From contig OZ024741.1 in assembly GCA_964016885.1 (NCBI GenBank), positions 195,052,001-195,116,000 of the forward strand: 64,000 nucleotides of DNA. The letters run 5' to 3'. The notes beneath the pieces were generated by a model. The model was not told where the DNA came from. It ran no database searches and saw nothing but the letters and a program-made list of their open reading frames with translations. The position numbers and the translations under genes were made by a program. Source of the stretch: Eledone cirrhosa. Its lineage: Eukaryota. Position 1 is the stretch's first letter. Every line of letters starts with the position of its first letter. Positions 61,401 through 64,000 of this stretch are shown here, in pieces.

Positions 61401-64000
61401 TATGGCCTATGTTATATATTGTATGCGGCATATGTTATATATTGAAAGTTGCCTATGTTATATAAGGTATGCTGCCTATGTTATATATTGTATGTAGCCT
61501 ATTTTATATATTGTATGCTGCCTATGTTATATTTTGTATGCGGCCTAAATTATATATTGCGTGCTGCCTATGTTATATATTGTGTGTGGCCTATGTTATA
61601 TATTGTATGCTGCCTACGCTTTTTATTGTATGCTGCCTATGTTATATATTGTATGTGGCCTATGTTATATACTCTATGTGGCCTGTGTTATATTTTGTAT
61701 GTGGCCTATGTTATATATTTTATGTGGCCTATGTTATATATTGTATGCTGCCTATGTTATATATTGTATGTGGCCTATGTTATATATTGTATGCTGCCTA
61801 TGTTATATATTGTATGCTGACTATGTTATATATTGTTAGTGACCTATGTTATATATTGTATGCTGCCTATGTTATATATTGTATGTGGCCTATGTTATAA
61901 ATTGTATGCTGCCTACGTTATATATTGTATATGGCCTATGTTATATATTGTATGCGGTATATGTTATATATTGTACGCTGCCTATGTTATATAATGTATG
62001 CTGCCTATGTTATATATTGTATGTAGCCTATGTTATATATTGTATGCTGCCTATGTTATATATTGTATGCGGCCTGAATTATATATTGCGTGCTGCCTAT
62101 GTTATATATTGTATGTGGCCTGTGTTATATATTGTATGCTGCCTACGCTATATATTGTATGCTGTCTATGTTATATATTGTATGTGGCCTATGTTATATT
62201 CCCTATGTGGCCTGTGTTATATTTTGTATCTGGCCTAAGTTATTTATTGTATTTGGCCTATGTTATATATTGTTTGCTGCCTATGTTATATATTGTATGC
62301 TGCCTATGTTATATTTTGTATGTGGCCTATATTATATATTGTATGCTGCCTATGTTATATTGTATGTGATCTATTTTATATATTGTATGCTCCCTATGTT
62401 ATATATTGTATGTGCCTATGTTTTATATTTTATGCTGCCTATGTTATATATTGTATGTGGCCTATGTTATATACTCTATGTGGCCTGTGTTATATTTTGT
62501 ATGTGGCCTATGTTATAATTGAAAGTGGGCTATGTTATATATTGTATGTGGCCTATGTTATATATGGTATGCTGCCTATGTTATATATTGTTCGTGGCCT
62601 ATGTTATATATTGTATGTTGCCTACGTTATATATTGTATATGGCCTATGTTATATATTGTATGTAATCTACGTTATATATTGTATGCTGCCTACGCTATA
62701 TATTGTATGCTGCCTATATTATATATTGTATGTGGCCTATGTTATATACTCTATGTGGCCTGTGTTATATTTTGTATGTGGCCTATGTTATATATTGTAT
62801 GCGGCATTGTTATATATTGTTAGTGTCCTATGTTATATATTGTATGGTGCCTATGTTATATATTGTATGTGGCCTATGTTATATATTGTATGCTGCCTAC
62901 GTTATATATTGTACGCTGCCTATGTTATTTAATGTATGCTGCCTATGTTATATATTCAATGTAGCCTATGTTATATATTGTATGCTGCCTATGTTATATT
63001 TTGTATGCGGCCTAAATTATATATTGCGTGCTGCCTATGTTGTATATTGTATGTGGCCTCAATTATATATTGCGTGCTGCCTATGTTTTATATTGTATGC
63101 TGCCTATGTTATATATTGTATGTGGCCTATATTATATATTGTATGTGGCCTATGTTATATACTCTATGTGGCCTGTGTTATATTTTGTATGTGGCCTATG
63201 TTATATATGGTATGCTGCCTATGTTATATATTGTTAGTCGCCTATGTTATATATTGTTAGTGGCCTATGTTATATATTGTATGCTGCCAACGTTATATAT
63301 TGTATATGGCCTATGTTATATATTGTATGTGATCTACGTTATATATTGTATGCTGCCTACGCTATATATTGTATGCTGCCTATATTATATATTGTATGTG
63401 GCCTATGTTATATATTCTATGTGGCCTATGTTATATTTTGTATGTGACCTATATTATATATTGTATGCGGCATTGTTATATGTTGTTAGTGGCCTATGTT
63501 ATATATTGTATGTGGCCTATGTTATATATTGTATGCTGCCTACGTTATATATTGTATATGGCCTATGTTATATATTGTATGCGGTATATGTTATATATTG
63601 TACGCTGCCTATGTTATTTAATGTATGCTGCCTATGTTATATATTGTATGCTGCCTATGTTATATTTTGTATGCGGCCTAAATTATATATTGCGTGCTGC
63701 CTATGTTATATATTGTATTTGGCCTGTGTTATATATTGTATGCTGCCTACGCTATATATTGTATGCTGCCTATGTTATATATTGTATGTGGCCTATGTTA
63801 TTTGTTGTATCTGGCCTTTGTCTTATACTGTATGCTGCCCATGTTATATATTGTGTGCTGCCTTTTTTATATATTGTATGTGGCCTATGTTATATATTTT
63901 ACGTGGCCTATGTATTATAATGTATGCTGCCTATGCTATATAACGTATGCTGCCTATGATATATATTCTATGTGGCCTATGCTATATATTGTATGCTGCC
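58480..64000 (+). repeat. More diverged part of the array with older 529-bp and 666/667-bp duplications
   Basis: ORF pairs 59142/59809 (667=29x23), 61469/61998 and 61561/62090 (529=23x23), and 62703/63369 (666). Landmark GCGGCATTGTTATA at 62801 and ~63467. Confidence 0.8.

Larger units (their letters stand above)
1..64000 (+). repeat. 23-bp AT-rich tandem satellite array, consensus CCTATGTTATATATTGTATG[CTG|TGG], about 2,780 monomers, single orientation, running off both window ends
   Basis: The monomer recurs every 23 bp from base 1 to 64000. Identical ORF translations recur at offsets that are mostly multiples of 23 (1771=77x23, 1610=70x23, 3450=150x23, 3519=153x23, 1794=78x23). No reverse-complement monomer (CAGCATACAATATATAACATAGG) was seen on the + strand. 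Confidence 0.99.

Noticed and set aside
3-63943. Hundreds of + strand ORFs (up to 526 aa) as protein-coding genes
   Set aside because: They overlap in all three frames with the same repeat peptide, follow directly from a stop-free 23-bp monomer, and show no domain, unique sequence or codon-position pattern.
1-64000. CRISPR array (constant repeat plus variable spacer)
   Set aside because: The variable part is only 6 nt and is drawn from a few related variants. There are no unique 25-45 nt spacers, leader or cas genes.
1-64000. Telomerase-synthesised 23-bp telomere repeat as in Candida albicans
   Set aside because: The sequence does not resemble that repeat, the array is far longer and more heterogeneous, and variants are inherited in kb-long blocks, which points to DNA-level duplication rather than copying from one RNA template.
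1-64000. TATA boxes / promoters from the TATATA in each monomer
   Set aside because: The motif is part of the satellite core, repeated thousands of times, with no gene context.
1-64000. H-DNA, G-quadruplex or strong hairpin/cruciform array
   Set aside because: The mirror core is mixed purine/pyrimidine, G-runs are almost all 2 nt or less, and self-complementarity is limited to TATATA, GGCC and CATATG.
1-64000. Nucleosome phasing (8x23=184 bp) or phased 23-nt small RNA source
   Set aside because: Numerical coincidence only. No 8-monomer period was seen and nothing in the sequence shows transcription or processing.
1-64000. Diversity-generating or antigenic-variation cassette system
   Set aside because: There is no reverse transcriptase, recombinase or expression locus in the window. 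The variation is explained by point mutation plus tandem duplication.

Overview
The whole 64 kb window is one uninterrupted, head-to-tail tandem satellite array with a 23-bp monomer (about 2,780 copies, from 64000/23). The consensus is CCTATGTTATATATTGTATG(CTG/TGG), about 70% AT and strongly T>A on the + strand. Each monomer is a conserved 17-nt core, TATGTTATATATTGTAT, which is a perfect mirror repeat, plus a variable GC-rich hexamer (mainly GCTGCC or GTGGCC, often alternating as a 46-bp dimer). I saw no genes, RNA genes, transposons, inversions, CRISPR array or unique sequence. The hundreds of + strand ORFs follow from the monomer lacking stop codons on that strand. The real information is in diagnostic variant monomers, which reveal nested higher-order repeats and segmental duplications with offsets of 276, 435, 529, 666/667, 871/874, 1284, about 1.6-1.85 kb, 2306, 2551, about 3.5 kb, about 4.6 kb, 6.8 kb and 9.4 kb. 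It looks like eukaryotic heterochromatic satellite DNA, but I do not recognise the family or organism and cannot support a new gene-based system here. All offsets were read by eye from the sequence and the ORF track, and boundaries are approximate.
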